A DNA stretch of 64,000 nucleotides from Octopus bimaculoides. Lineage: Eukaryota. Where the stretch lies: contig NC_068982.1 of the NCBI RefSeq assembly GCF_001194135.2, positions 131,301,951 to 131,365,950 on the forward strand, given 5' to 3'. Under the pieces are notes generated by a model, which was given only the letters and a program-made list of their open reading frames with translations, made no database searches and was not told the DNA's origin. Position numbers and translations under genes: made by a program. This document shows, in pieces, positions 25,003-38,489 of the stretch (positions are counted from its first letter, which is position 1; the number at the start of each line of letters is the position of its first letter).

Positions 25003-26784
25003 ATAGACTTCTGTACAGTTTTCACCAATCAAATTTCATTCAAACAACATTAACTTGAGGATATGCTGGAAGGTACCAACTAAGGTATAATGCAGTGGGA
25101 TCAAATCTAGAATTATGTAGTTGTCAAGCCATGCTTCTGGTTGACAAACTCATCAGCCATTTTAACAATATTAGAGACAGATAAGAAAATAATCCAAGAA
25201 ACTATAGTTTTCCATAACAGTGAATTCTCATACTAGCACATGGTAGGGGATGGGAAATGCTGTTTAAAATTTTTGACACCAATTCACCTGTGAGTGATCC
25301 TAGTCCTATGACACAAACTCCCTGTTTTAAAAGGATCTAAAATCTGACATCAAAATTTTATGTTAATTTAAGCTCTAATCAGCTTAATGATGACAAAGTT
25401 ATTTTACTAAATTCTTCATTATTTTAAAAATTAATTGTCACAAAGTTAGTGTATTTCTCCAGAAATATGGTAACAAAAGGATTAAATAAAATATAATTTA
25501 CCTTTCATCCATCTGGCCCAGGCAGATGAAAGGTAAAGTCAAACAAAGGTAATGAGATAAACCTAAATACTTACAGTAGTGTCAAATAGTCATTTAGGCA
25601 GGCCATTTCTTTTCAAGGGATAATACAAATAAAAAATAGCTGCCTCTCTTTAATGATTAACTTAGCCATTATTAATAGAGATTAATACTATAAATTTTAA
25701 CATTAACCAGTTCAGACAAAATAATAAATATAAAATATGCTGAGTAGGCTACAGAAAATTTATATCATGTCCTGCCATAATCTTCAAAAAGAGTGTTCAT
25801 CAGATTAATTACCTTGTTTTGTGCAATGAAAGAAATGATGATGAATTCTATAAATTGTTAAGCAATCCAGTTAATGGTCCATCAGGCACATGCTATTTGA
25901 GAAATAATCTTCTTGCAGTTCAAGAAACAGTATGCACACTGGAAGTAGAATGCATTCTCAGACCTTAAAATCACTTGCAGTATCAGACATGCAAAAACCA
26001 TTTATAGTTTGCGACCAATGAAAGAGTATTTGCTTCAATCTCCATCACAGAGGCAATTTGTAGAGGTGAAATCTCAGATGTGTTTTGTTATTTAACAAAA
26101 GTATTGGTATTAATTTATTATCTGACTTACATCAGAATTTTGACAATGAAACTATTAGAAAAGAAGACTGTATGGCCAGCTGTCATTCACTAGCGAGTAT
26201 GGATTTGTCACATGTACTGTGGTTTCACAGATTGCTTGTAGTTGCAAGCTGACATGGATGTCATTTCAGTCCACTCACCAATGAGGAACATACAGGATAT
26301 GATATTTCCACTAACATCTGGTTGGTAATCATTACAGCTAAGCAGATTGAAGAAATAGAAAATGAAGTTCCTTACTCAGACATAAAATACCACCCAATCC
26401 AGGAATAGAACCCAGTTTTGTGATCATGAATCCAACACCCTAACCACCAGACCATGTTCCTTCACAGAAAAGAAGATTCTTTTTGTCCTTACACTACCAA
26501 TATAAATTTTCACTCTCTACCCAATAAAACAAGCAAACTGCTAGTGATTGTTATTGTTTAATCCCAGATCATCTTTAACTGAGCAAAATGATGATGAAAG
26601 ACATTCCAGCAATGATCATCCCAGTTTTTAAATTTTCACAGGCAACAGGTTGTCAAGTGTATATTTATATTTAAGACCACAGAGTGCCATTTAAGGGAGT
26701 TTTGGCTCCAATTTCAAGCACGCCAAATTGAGATGTAGTGGTTTCATGCTTCATTCTTAGCTAATCAAAAAAGTTAGTAATGTA

Positions 26785-27860
26785 CAAGGGGGTACCCAAA
26801 GGTCACCAGAAATGTTTTCTGTGGGACAACCCTGTGATAGCTCAGGCATCAGTCTGCTAACTGATGGCGGCAATTGAAGTTTGAAGTCATACTGCCATGT
26901 GGTACATCTATGTTTTGCAGCACTTCTCCCCTGTTGGTCAATTTTTGCAATGGCTGAAACGAAGAAACAGCGTGCTTTCATGAAATTCTCTTTTATGCTG
27001 GGGAAAACAGCAGCCAAAACAGTTATCATACTTCAAACAGCTTACAAGGATGCTGCCATGAGCAACATACAAGCTTAAGAGTGGTTTTCATACATTAGGA
27101 ATGTCACTTAAAGACCAACCTTGTTTGGGGAAGCTGTCGACCTCATGAATGAATGAAACCATGATGAAAATTCATGAACTGATCTTGAAGGACCGTCAAT
27201 GAACAACTGATGAACTTGTTGATATGACTGGTGTGTCCTGCAGCTCCTGCCAACGAATTTTGAATGAGGAATTGTGAATGAAAAGAGTTGTAGCAAAATT
27301 TGTGCCTTGCTTGCTCATGGAAGATCAAAAGCAGTCATGATTGAATGTATGTAGTGAACTGAAAGAACAGTTGGAAGTTGATCTGGAACTTTTTCCGAAG
27401 GTCATCACTGGTGACATAAAGCTGCTGCTATGGCTATGACCCAGAAACAAAGCAGCAGTCACATTAATGGAAGCATTCAATGTCACCACGCCCCAAAAAA
27501 GCACATCAAGTGAAGTCCGATGTCAAGATGATGCTGGCAAAAGGAATTGTCTACACAGAATTTGTTCCTCCTGGTCAAACTGTTAACCAGACATTTTACC
27601 TGGCAGTTCTGAAGCATTTGTGAGATGCAGTGAAACGAAAATGCTATGACCTGCGGCAAAGTGGAGAGTGGTGGTTTCATCATTACAATGTGCCTGCCTA
27701 CACCGCCTTGACTGTGAGACAGTTTTTGTCCAAAAATGCCATGACCCCGCTTAGCCACCCTCCCTATTTACCTGATCTTGCATCCTGTGATTTTTTTTTT
27801 TTGTTACCCCGAATTAAAAAAGTCCTTAAAGGACAGAAGAAGACATTGCAAATGAGAGAT
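26785..27860 (+). mobile_element. Decayed mariner element (most of the transposase)
   Basis: Starts TA-CAAGGGGGTACCC. Reads KQRAFMKFSFMLGKTAAKTVIILQTAYKD, KFVPCLL, KVITGD, HHYNVPAYT, HPPYLPDLASCDFF, with multiple stops and frameshifts. Confidence 0.88.
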
Positions 27861-28679
27861 GGCCACCATCTCAAACAAATATGGATTGTAAAAAATGTCT
27901 CCTAATTTCCAAAAGGGTATTTTAGAAATAGGTGGTTAGCTGCAGCTTTAGTGTAGAAGAATAATTGGGAGAATTGTTAGAATATCAGACAGACTACTAG
28001 GCAGTATTTCTTCCATTCTTCATGCACTGAGGTCAACTTTCTATTTCTTCCTTCCAGGGTTAGGAAAATGTACCAATCCAAGATGGTGTATAGATGGAAC
28101 TGAAAGAAAGTTGAACTGAGGCTGAAAGAACGTTTGCTTTGTAGTACATGTTCCAGCTCATGTTGTTAGTTCAAATTGCACCATAACCTGCTGTCCAGTT
28201 TAACACCACTACCTGGTACCTTAGCTGCCCTGAGTGGAGTCCAATAAATGTGGTAAACATTTAGGCCTCCCTCTCTCCCTTCTACCACTCTCAGAGGCCC
28301 TATAACAGGTCATGGGTACTGTCATCCCTTCTAACCAAAAGATAAAAAAGTGAATAGAGAAATATCCCTTTCAATGAATCTATTTCGGGAGACATTTCTA
28401 GAGGATCCTACAGCTAATTAATGGAGGCATAAAAAGTGAATTAATTATATTGTAAAAATTCCCAACAAACTGTCTGAAAAAGATTTGAACCTAAGATCTT
28501 TCAGCTGGGACAAGATCTGGTACAATTGTGTATGTCTCGGTTTTAAATGTATATACATCCTGTCTTTGATGTCATAAAAAGCAACTAAAAGAGTAATGCA
28601 ACAGGACGGAAATACTCCAGTAAAACAGTTTAAATAACTCGTCCAACCCATGCCAGTCCTGAAGAGCATACACAAAGTA

Positions 28680-29234
28680 ATGGCGGCGAAGGCGACGACG
28701 ACGATGACGATGGTTGTGATAATGATAATGAATTTTTAATAGGCAGTCTTATACAACGTTCACGTGTTCCTTTAACTTTACTTCCACCTTCGACAGATTC
28801 ATTTGCCGGGCACCAAACTGTTGCAAAATATTCACTTTATCTCTACGTTGATTCCACAAGTTTAAAGAGAGTTTGCAGGTGGCTAAGTTCATGGGTAGTG
28901 AGAGCTCAACGACTGACTAAAAAGATGACAATTCATATCTCTATTATCAACTCACTGCAAACGGCTAACGTATAGAGATAAAACGAAACATAACAGAATA
29001 AATGTTTCGCTAGCTCTCAGTGATGAGTTTGAATCTTTCAGTCACGGATGACTTGCGCGGTGTAACGAATAGAACAGTTTCACCGTGACTTAATGAAAAA
29101 GACGCCTTCTCTAGAGATTCACATGGGTTAATCCTCTAAAATATATCTTAGATGAGGGAAGTCAAGTAATAACATTTAAACACAATAATCTTGTCGATAA
29201 GAGGAGAGAGAAAAAGATGGGAGAAGGAGGAGTG

Positions 29235-29272
<38 letters not shown>

Positions 29273-30060
29273 GAATACATAGAAGCTAAGTTCTATTTTA
29301 AGAGTCCACAATTTTTTTAAAGAAACGATACAAGGGGAATAACCCTTGACGATTTAGTCAGAGAAAATGTAAACCAGAATTCATTAAATTTTATTTATTT
29401 TTCTCAAAAGAGTAAAAGATGCAAAAAGGGAGGGGAAATAACTTATGACAGAATGTCTCAAAATGGATTCGGTGAAAATATTCTGGATTTCCACGAGACT
29501 ATTATTAAAATTTAATACAAATTTTAATTCATAAAAAAATAGTAATCGCAATAATTTTCAAAATAATAAATTGTTTTGTTTTTCAATAGAGTAAATTTTC
29601 TCTCTGAAACTGTTTTTGTTTTATTTAATCTATTATTAAAATTAAGATGGCGGGGCTTGTCCATAAAATACAGGCGTTTCACAAGTTTAGGAACCAGTAA
29701 TTTATGCCATTCATATTTTTTTCTAAAGACATTAATCATGGGGTTTCTAAACGGGATTTGAAACATATGAAAAAAGGCCACATATATATTATGTTTATAT
29801 ATTTGTATGATAATACATATTATATTACATTATAGTATATTCTTTATATTACATTATATTATATCACATTATATTGTATATTATATTAAGCTCACTTCAT
29901 ATTTTCAATGTGAAATTAGTGAAATTATAGAATTTTATATCCGAGTGAGGTATTTTTCATTGTATTTCGGTTTTTGGAGGTTTCGCTTACTTTCCCAACA
30001 AATCACAGAACCACAGACAAAAAAAAACAAAAAAAAAACGTGCATGTGTGTGTTTTAGAT
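28680..30060 (-). promoter_or_regulatory. CpG-retaining region with a candidate non-coding exon donor (AAA|GTAAGC at 29990); possible hyccin promoter or 5' UTR exon
   Basis: CG dinucleotides are visibly frequent compared with CpG-depleted flanks. A consensus minus-strand donor is present, and the hyccin ATG exon has an acceptor that needs an upstream exon. Confidence 0.35.
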
Positions 30061-31552
30061 GGTGGTGCTACAAAGAATCTAAATTCTAGTGATCTTGCTA
30101 ATTCCAACCCGTCTGAAAATGAATACATCATGGTGGTTTCAAGTTGCCTAGTCAAGACCCAAATGAAGATTTGAGCTCGATATTCCAAGTTAAAAATAGA
30201 ATGAAATTGAAACAGCAAAGTTCAATATGCAATTTACTTGAGATAATCTATCTCATTATAATGAGGGTGGAACAATGTGGATTGAAAAGTAGAGGGTTGA
30301 ACAAATAGCCCATTTTTTAATTAACATGGTTTATAAGCATTAAAACTTGTGCACAACCATCCTGAAGAAAGAAAAATTATAGAGATGCAAACTGTATTTG
30401 TCTTCTCATTAATAAAAAGGTGGGATGGAGCTTCTCTACAAACTACTATCCTAAAATCATGTTCCATCATTATTAAACAGAGTCACTTATCAGTGAGATT
30501 CATAGCAAATCACTGATGAGAGATGAGCCAACATTAACCTAGCTGTGTTTTGTAACAGCATTGAAACTAAATAGTGTCACCCATTTATTCTCAGCAACTT
30601 TCACCAACAGCTACAAATATATGATGGATTAAATGTGTGAAGAAAACAATAAAAAAACTTCAATATAATTTCCATATATTCCATCTAATTTAGTTTGGTG
30701 AAAATTCTTTTTGGATATCATAAGCCAAACATGTCTAACATTGAAAAAAAGCAGAAATAAATATATGGCTTTTAAGCTATAACAAAATATTTAAATAAAT
30801 GAACTCATGGCTTTCACATTTACTTAAATAAAGGTATAATGTTAATGTCATAAGAATTAAGAAACTCTGAAAGACAATGAAATATATATTTTTAACAATA
30901 CAACACAAAGGTGATAAAGTTATAAATAATAGCATGTAAATACTGCGTTAAAGAAACCACTTGGATGACAAAGGTCAAAGGCTACCCATGGGATATGAAC
31001 CAACATCTTCTGTAAACATGACAGAACAATTACCAAAAATAATAATTTTTGATTTATCATAACCAAATAAAAAGCTACAACATTACAACAACAAAGATAC
31101 TTGAGGTATAACAGTGTGAAGTTTGCTTCCAGCCATGGGATGTTGGATTGAGTCACACAAAGTAGCACCTTATGCAAGTGTCTTCTACTATAATTTCATG
31201 CCAAGCAAGGCCTTTTGAGTGGAATAGGAGGATAGAAACTGAAAGAAGCCCATTAAGTGTGTGCATGTGTGCACACATGCATGAGTGTCTGTGAGTCCTT
31301 GTGATGACATTGTGTTTATATTTGTAAATGAATGTCACCATCATTCAAGTGGTGTTGTTCCTTTTCAATTTTCCCTGAAAACATATCCAGCCATGGGAAA
31401 ATATTTCTTTGCTTGGAAACAGGTGAGGGTTGACATCAAGAAGGACATCCAGCTGAAGAAAATCTATCTTAGCATATTGTTTGACCCTTAGAAGTACGAA
31501 AAAATGTGGGTTACAGTGAGGATGGACATTTTATATTTAAATTATTAAAAGT

Positions 31553-31850
31553 GAAGGCCTAGTGGTAAGGATGCTGCACTCCCGATTCCGTGATTGTGAG
31601 TTTGATTTCTGGACTGAGCTATACATTGTGTTCTTGAGCAAAACACTTCATTTCACATTGCTCCAGTCCACTCAGCTGTAAATGGATAACCTTGCAATGG
31701 ACTAGCTTTCTGATCAAGGGGAATGTTGGTTTGCTCACCTAGCCAGTGGGGTGGCATCATACAAAAACTAAAAATGATGCAAAGGGCACTATGACCAGTG
31801 ATGTATAACAACATCAAATATTCTGGTTGATCACAATCGATCATGTGATA
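31553..31850 (+). mobile_element. Third tRNA-head SINE family (central TGTGTCCTTGAGCAAGACACTT...CCAGTCCACTCAGCTG domain)
   Basis: Related copies at ~44650-44800, ~48825-48970 and 55298-55608. Confidence 0.7.
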
Positions 31851-32109
31851 TTAGCAAATTTATTAAACTTTCAACTCAATATAAAACTTCAATCTTTTTT
31901 TTTCTATCAATGTAGCCAGATATCATAGAAAATAAACAAGCTTTTGGTAAGTTGTGTCCATGGCTCAGTTTCACTTCACAATTGTAACCTTTCCTCTGAC
32001 ACTTCTATTGACCTTATAGAAAGGCATGAATGTTCCAGAATATTACATTTTAGACTACATATATGAGGCCTTGATATTGCATGAAAAAAATCAGTTATCT
32101 TTAATTTTT

Positions 32110-32316
32110 TAGTAGTTTCAGTCATTAGACTATGGCCATGCTGGTGCACCAACTTGAAGATATTTTAGTTGAACAGATTGTCCCCTGTGGTTATTATTTT
32201 TCATAAAGCCTGGCACTTATTTTATCAGTCTCTTTTGCTGAACTACTAAGTTATGGGGATATAAACACACCAACACTAGTTGTCAAGCAGTCATGGGAGA
32301 CAAACACAAAACAAAG

Positions 32317-32369
<53 letters not shown>

Positions 32370-32520
32370 CTTCTTTCTGTATCTGTGTATCAAATCCACA
32401 CACAACGCTTTGATCAGCCCAATGCTACAGTAGAAGGCACTTAGTCAAAATGTCATACAGTGAAACTGAACCCAGAACCATATGGTTGGAAAGCAAGCTT
32501 CTTACCACACAGCCACTTTC
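32110..32520 (-). mobile_element. tRNA-head SINE copy (older)
   Basis: Diverged copy of the 2972 consensus. Confidence 0.8.
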
Positions 32521-33505
32521 TGCACCTGTATATTAATAATCCTCTAACTATAAACTCCTACTTGATTTTTGTACAACAATGTTTTGATTGCAAACACATT
32601 CTTTCTATAGCTAGCATAAGTTAAAGAGTTATGCTTGAATAGCTACGGCAAGGTTTCTATAACTGGATCTCCTTCATGCAAACCACCCAGCCATGAAATA
32701 GGAATGACAACTATTTTTCAGTTAAAATATGATGCTTTGCCTAAAGGTAGACTGTTTAGTGTTAAACCTTTGATCAGAAAGTTAAATAAACAGTACATTA
32801 ATACTTTAATTAGTATCATAATTACTGACATTTTTATAATTACTTGAAGCTACAAACAAAAATGTTCAATGATCTTTCAGGATTTTCGTATTCTTCAAGT
32901 TCGTTCCTAATGACCTCGGTCTTCATTAATGAAGGCCGGTCTAGCCCTTAACTATTGTGAACTATGAACCTGTTACAATGGTTTACCAATCTAGTATAGA
33001 AAGATAGCAGAGTAATGCACATTAATGGTTTACCAAGTTTTAAACAGTTATTTTCAATATCAAACATAATTCATCATTCTTTCAAACAACACTTGGCATC
33101 TTCATCTATCAGATAGCTTCTTTGTTTATTACAATAAATTCTATTTCTTAGAATCACTCTTTTAAATTACCAATGTGTATGAATGAGATATTACTTTTCA
33201 AATAGGAATGCCTTTATTTAAACTATGAATTGAGAACACAAGTGAGAAAAACATTAAAGGTAGAAAAGACTGAATTATTCACAAAATCGTTATGCCAGCT
33301 AAATTTTCCTAACATCAAAAATATTGTAAAAATAATGTTTTAAAATCAAATACAGATCAATCAAAATATTTTAGGATCCTAATGATCAGTGGAACATCTG
33401 TAAAAGAACAGAAGGACTCTTAAAAAAACAAAATATGTCATTAAGTGAATCAGAAAGTAAAAACACATTTTGATTTAGGACTAATCATAAAGACATTTAA
33501 ATCAG

Positions 33506-33553
<48 letters not shown>

Positions 33554-33555
33554 AA

Positions 33556-33596
<41 letters not shown>

Positions 33597-34747
33597 GAAG
33601 ACTAAGTAAGTCTTCAACACTAAATAACTAATGGATAATTGTTGTGAGGTGTCCCTTTCTGTATTTCCTTATTTCCCTTCTGCAAGTCTGTGTAAGCAAC
33701 ATATAAGCTTAACTCAAGTAAAAGACTCTCCTCCCAGTCCCAACACTAAACTCTTCACTACATTCTTCTTTGTCCAAACTGTGACCCCTTTAAAACACAT
33801 ACACACCCATCTCTCATTACATTTCCCTGCTAACAATTAATTTCAAACAGTTCAACAGTCACCTTATTATATTCTGTACAGGAGGGTGTAAAATATCTTT
33901 GGCAATTAGGGCTTTATAAAAGGAAATAGTTATTAGTTTATGATACAAAAAAAAAAAAAAACATGGAAAAGAAATATAATGATTTATAGGATGTTAATTC
34001 ACTTGTACATTTAATGTCCATTTTTCTATGCCAGCATGGGGCATGATTTAATGGCTGGATGCTCTTCCTGTCATCAACACTTAATTCCATGTGAATTCAA
34101 AAGCAAAAGGCAGCCAGTTGGAATGTCAACATCATTGCTGTTTCATCCAAGAAAGGACATATGGAATATCAACACACACACATATACCACAATGCATTCT
34201 GCCCAACCTTGAAACAGTTCTTCCAATCCACCACCCTCTATTGTTACTTTTTTTACTGACACTGAAATGATAAAAGGCAAAGTTGACTTCAGCAGGATTT
34301 GAACTCAGAGCACGGATAGTCAGAACAAATGCTACGAGACAGTTTATCCAATGCTCTAAAGACTATCAACTCACTATCTTACAAGGGGATAATACATTTA
34401 AATTCATCTGTTACAAATAGATTATCCTGGAATTTTACCAGTGAAGGACTGGTTGCTATCTTATGTTTTCTTATCCACAGCATAGAATTATCACATTCAA
34501 AGAGCCCTGGCAAAACCTTAAAATAAATTTACCCTTTCTAGAATTAAATCTATTTGTTACCTCCATCTGCTAAGTCAAAAGAGTTCAAATTACACACCAT
34601 TCCCCTAACCTTAAACAGGTATACTNNNNNNNNNNNNNNNNNNNNNNNNNNNNNNNNNNNNNNNNNNNNNNNNNNNNNNNNNNNNNNNNNNNNNNNNNNN
34701 NNNNNNNNNNNNNNNNNNNNNNNNNNNNNNNNNNNNNNNNNNNNNNN

Positions 34748-34780
<33 letters not shown>

Positions 34781-36289
34781 TACATATACAGCCATGCAGT
34801 TTTAATTAAGTCCAGAACAAGGCCAGTAGTCGTCATCATCTAACAAAAATATAAATCCTCAATATTCAACGATAAAGTGATACTGTTGTTGATCACTGAA
34901 CTGCAAAATCTAATCAATAAAAAATACAAGACTTCTATCTTAATAATATTTTTTCTTTAGTCAGTATGTATTACGGTCAATCCTCTGAGCTTTCAAATTC
35001 TAGCAGAAAGAAAAGAGTCATACAACAGTTCTTTTATCATATAATTCCATCTGGATTTGAAGAAAGAAAATAAAAAGTGTGATACAAGGGACATAACCGC
35101 TACTGCAAAGAAAGAAGACTGGCAATCGATAATGGTTGGAAGAAATTCCATGCTTTATTTTTTTATCATTTTTTCATCCCTGATAGTAAAAAGCTTACAC
35201 TTGATCAATTTACTACTACTACATATGACGATGATGACGACGATAAATTGTTGATAAAATGGTGAAGGAAATTAAGATCATAGTTATTGCCATTCCTAAA
35301 GATGTATGAGTGGATGATAAATAACTGGAAAAGACTGAGAAATACAAGCAACCAAAAGATGAGATTGCATGAATGTGGGTAATTAAGAAAGTAACTGTCA
35401 TCCCAGTAGATGTAGGGACATTAACAACCGGGTTTGAGAAATTTTGGGGAGAAATTGATTGACATGAGAGTAGAACATGCTCAAGGAATTACTTTGGGAA
35501 CAACAAGGATTTTGAGACTGGTATTTGGATGTTAAGTATTGTGGAAAAAGACCCAATGAGACACTTGACAACTGGTTTTTGTCCTCTTACAGAATTAGCC
35601 AGAGTCCAAATGTAAAACACATATATGTTTGGAATCAAATAGCATATGCATACTGTAATCAATCAAAGATTAAAATGTGTTTTTGTTGTAACCTTATGCT
35701 ACCACTAGCCAGAAAATTGCACTGATTTGAATCTCTATGTCTAAATACACATGCCTTATCTTGAACAATGCAATATTTTGGTTTTGTATCAAAGAATTTT
35801 GCACTGTATATGATGCCTTTCCTAACAGCTTTTTCAAGTCTACCTACTAGATTCTATTCCAATCTATTGTACCTTCTAGTTTCTTCCTAAAACTAAGGGA
35901 GCTGTCCTAAGTTTACTCTTTAATGTATTGCTGAGGTTTGCCCCTATCAATTCTTGTTTAACTAGCTCACTAAATCAGTCCATTTAAGCATCCTATGCCA
36001 GTCACAGTTTACAGTAACTAAGCTCCTGTCTGGATAATTTATCTAGGCTCACAGATCAGATCATAAATAAGTTCTCTGTGTAGTTAACTGCCTTGAATTG
36101 TTGTTATCCAACACTGTTGCTAACTATTAACAAACATAAACTCTAAATACAACTTAGAAAAGTCACTGGTTTGATAATGTCCACAATGGCACATTTAGGA
36201 AATCCAGTTAAAACTTATCAGACAGAAAGGAGTGTCTGAACAAGGCTAAGAGGCTTTTATACCTACTCCTCATAACAGCTACTCACTCA

Positions 36290-36800
36290 AAATCCTAGAT
36301 TGTGTTTTAAGATATCATTCCAATCAACCACTAACGTTAATGACCAGGATGTTACGAAAAAGTATTCAGATGCTAAGTCTACCACTATCCTCATGGCATC
36401 ATCATTATTTCTCTTACATCTAGGACCACCAATGTATCATATAGGTCCAGAAATATCTTTACTTGGAAATTCAGAGCTTCTGGGAACAATACTGCCATCA
36501 TACTAAATCTGGTTTACAATCATTCAGGAGTGCAGATTTCTGAAAAATGCTAGTCTTACTTATAATTATTACATCTAAGTTTAGTCACCTAAGATCATTC
36601 TGTAGGTGATTCTTCATCCAGACACACTTTTGGCCATGTGCATTCAAGCATCTCACTCTCAACAATGTTCTAGTAGGAAATAAAAGACCACATATTTTAC
36701 AGATAATGGAGTGCATTGTGTTTTCACACACTGAAGGACTCACTAACATTTTTAAACAACCCCAGATTCATTGGCAGTTTCTCCCACATAGTTCAATATA
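36290..36800 (+). mobile_element. Possible decayed CR1-like reverse transcriptase fragment
   Basis: Faint motif remnants only; heavily broken. Confidence 0.3.
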
Positions 36801-37469
36801 TTCCAGATATTTTACTCATCAGAATCACTCCTTTGCAGTTTTTAGGAGAATAAATGTTTCAACTTAATATGCTTGTAATTTTATGAATTCCATCAACTCA
36901 AAATTCTTTAGAACAACAGGAAAACTGAGGAGTGTCTACTATTGTTTTAGCTGTTGCTTTTGGTGTAGTTGTTGCTCTTGCTGTTTGTTGATGCTTTTGT
37001 TGTTCTTGTCTACATTGTTGTTGCAGACTTTAAGCCAGCAGAACCTTTAAGGTCTTGATCTTTATAACTGGATCAAAAGGGGATTTTCTAATTCATCCTC
37101 ATTGCCAGACAAGATGTTCATGGACAGCAAAGGCAATGCATGTCTATAGGAATTACTTGCTTTTTTGTTGTCCGGATGAAGAGACACATCAAATTATTTG
37201 TGACAGATTGTGCTTTTAACAGTTAGTTTTTGCGGTTTGATTTTTAATTTATATTGATGTAGTTGTCATCATTGTGTTGGTTTTGTTATGGATTTGTTAT
37301 TAGTGTTGTAGCTGCTGGTTTAAGAGGGGGACTAAAAGTTAATTTCTCACTTTGAAGTAAAATTTTCAAGACATTTGACAGCCTTCAAATGCTACCACAT
37401 TTTCCATGGTTAGTTTCCCTCCTTTTCAAATAAAAAAAAATCCATTGATATTTAACCCTTTTATTACCA

Positions 37470-38100
37470 CTATTTCTGTTGTATCTAAGCACATTCACTC
37501 AGGCCATGCTCACACTTTCCACAAATTTATGGAAGGATACCACCTCTCTATTCATCCAAACCTTCCTCTCCAAAAGAAACTTATAAAAATAACCCATGAG
37601 AGCATGATCAAAGAAGAACACATGTCCATCCCGAATTGTTTCATTTGCATCCACCTCACAAGCTCTTTTGCCATGGCCTGCAGAAGAAAAATTCTCCCTA
37701 ACCCAACCAAAGGAAGGTGGTAGTGGGGGATCATCATGATGGACTCAGTCAATAATAAGATGTGTCCTCCTGTTGTTTTCACATAAATCTAGAGATCAAC
37801 AATATTTGGGCATTGAACAAGTTGCATGCAGGCTGTTTTCATTGCTCTGTGCATATCTTGATAAGCCTGGCTGATGGTACATTGCCCTTCTCACCTGGTA
37901 GCATTCTGGAAGTTATCCAGAGTACACAGGCTAAAACTCCTCTAGAACAGATCAAGCACTTGATTTTTGTTGATACCCACAGATTCACTGAGAACACCAT
38001 TGCTCTTCTCCACCACTTGTCATGCACAGGATATTGTCATGCAAGTTTTATTGTTCGATGAAGTAGAATGTTGGGAAGCTATTTTGTTTATTTCCCCCAT
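37470..38100 (-). pseudogene. Decayed coding sequence of unidentified origin (possibly a DDE transposase)
   Basis: About 200 codons in two frames, interrupted only by TGA/TAG stops; the antisense frames are open (37406-37723, 37762-38061). Confidence 0.4.
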
Positions 38101-38134
38101 AAAACAGATAACTTAATGATAATAATAATCAAAC

Positions 38135-38418
38135 AACTATGATGAGTGAAAGTGGGAAATATGAAGGTTGTGGTCAATGAAGAGAGTAGACATAATTGGT
38201 GCACTTGGAAGTATCAGCACTCAACTACCAACATAGCTGAACAAGATGGGTGCAAGTGTGAAGGTAGAACATCTACAAAAATCAGCATTGCTTGGAACAG
38301 CTAGAATTCTTTGCAGAGTTCTTGCAGCATGACCAGTAAAACAAGTGTCACTTTAATCTGCTGGCTGTGGACAGCTGACACTTTCCATCATACCCAGCAA
38401 AATAAGCTGTGAGTTTTC

Positions 38419-38489
<71 letters not shown>
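38135..38489 (+). mobile_element. R4/Dong-like (restriction-like endonuclease) non-LTR retrotransposon 3' end with (TAA)n tail
   Basis: MKRVDIIGALGSISTQLPT*LNKMGASVKVEHLQKSALLGTARILCRVLAA* matches the IGALG...LQKxxLLGTAxILRxVL C-terminus. (TAA)n spans 38421-38489. Confidence 0.78.

Noticed and set aside
29003-29022. Minus-strand CTGAGAGCTAGCGAAAC as a hammerhead
   Set aside because: The core is CUGAGAG rather than CUGANGA, and there is no stem I.
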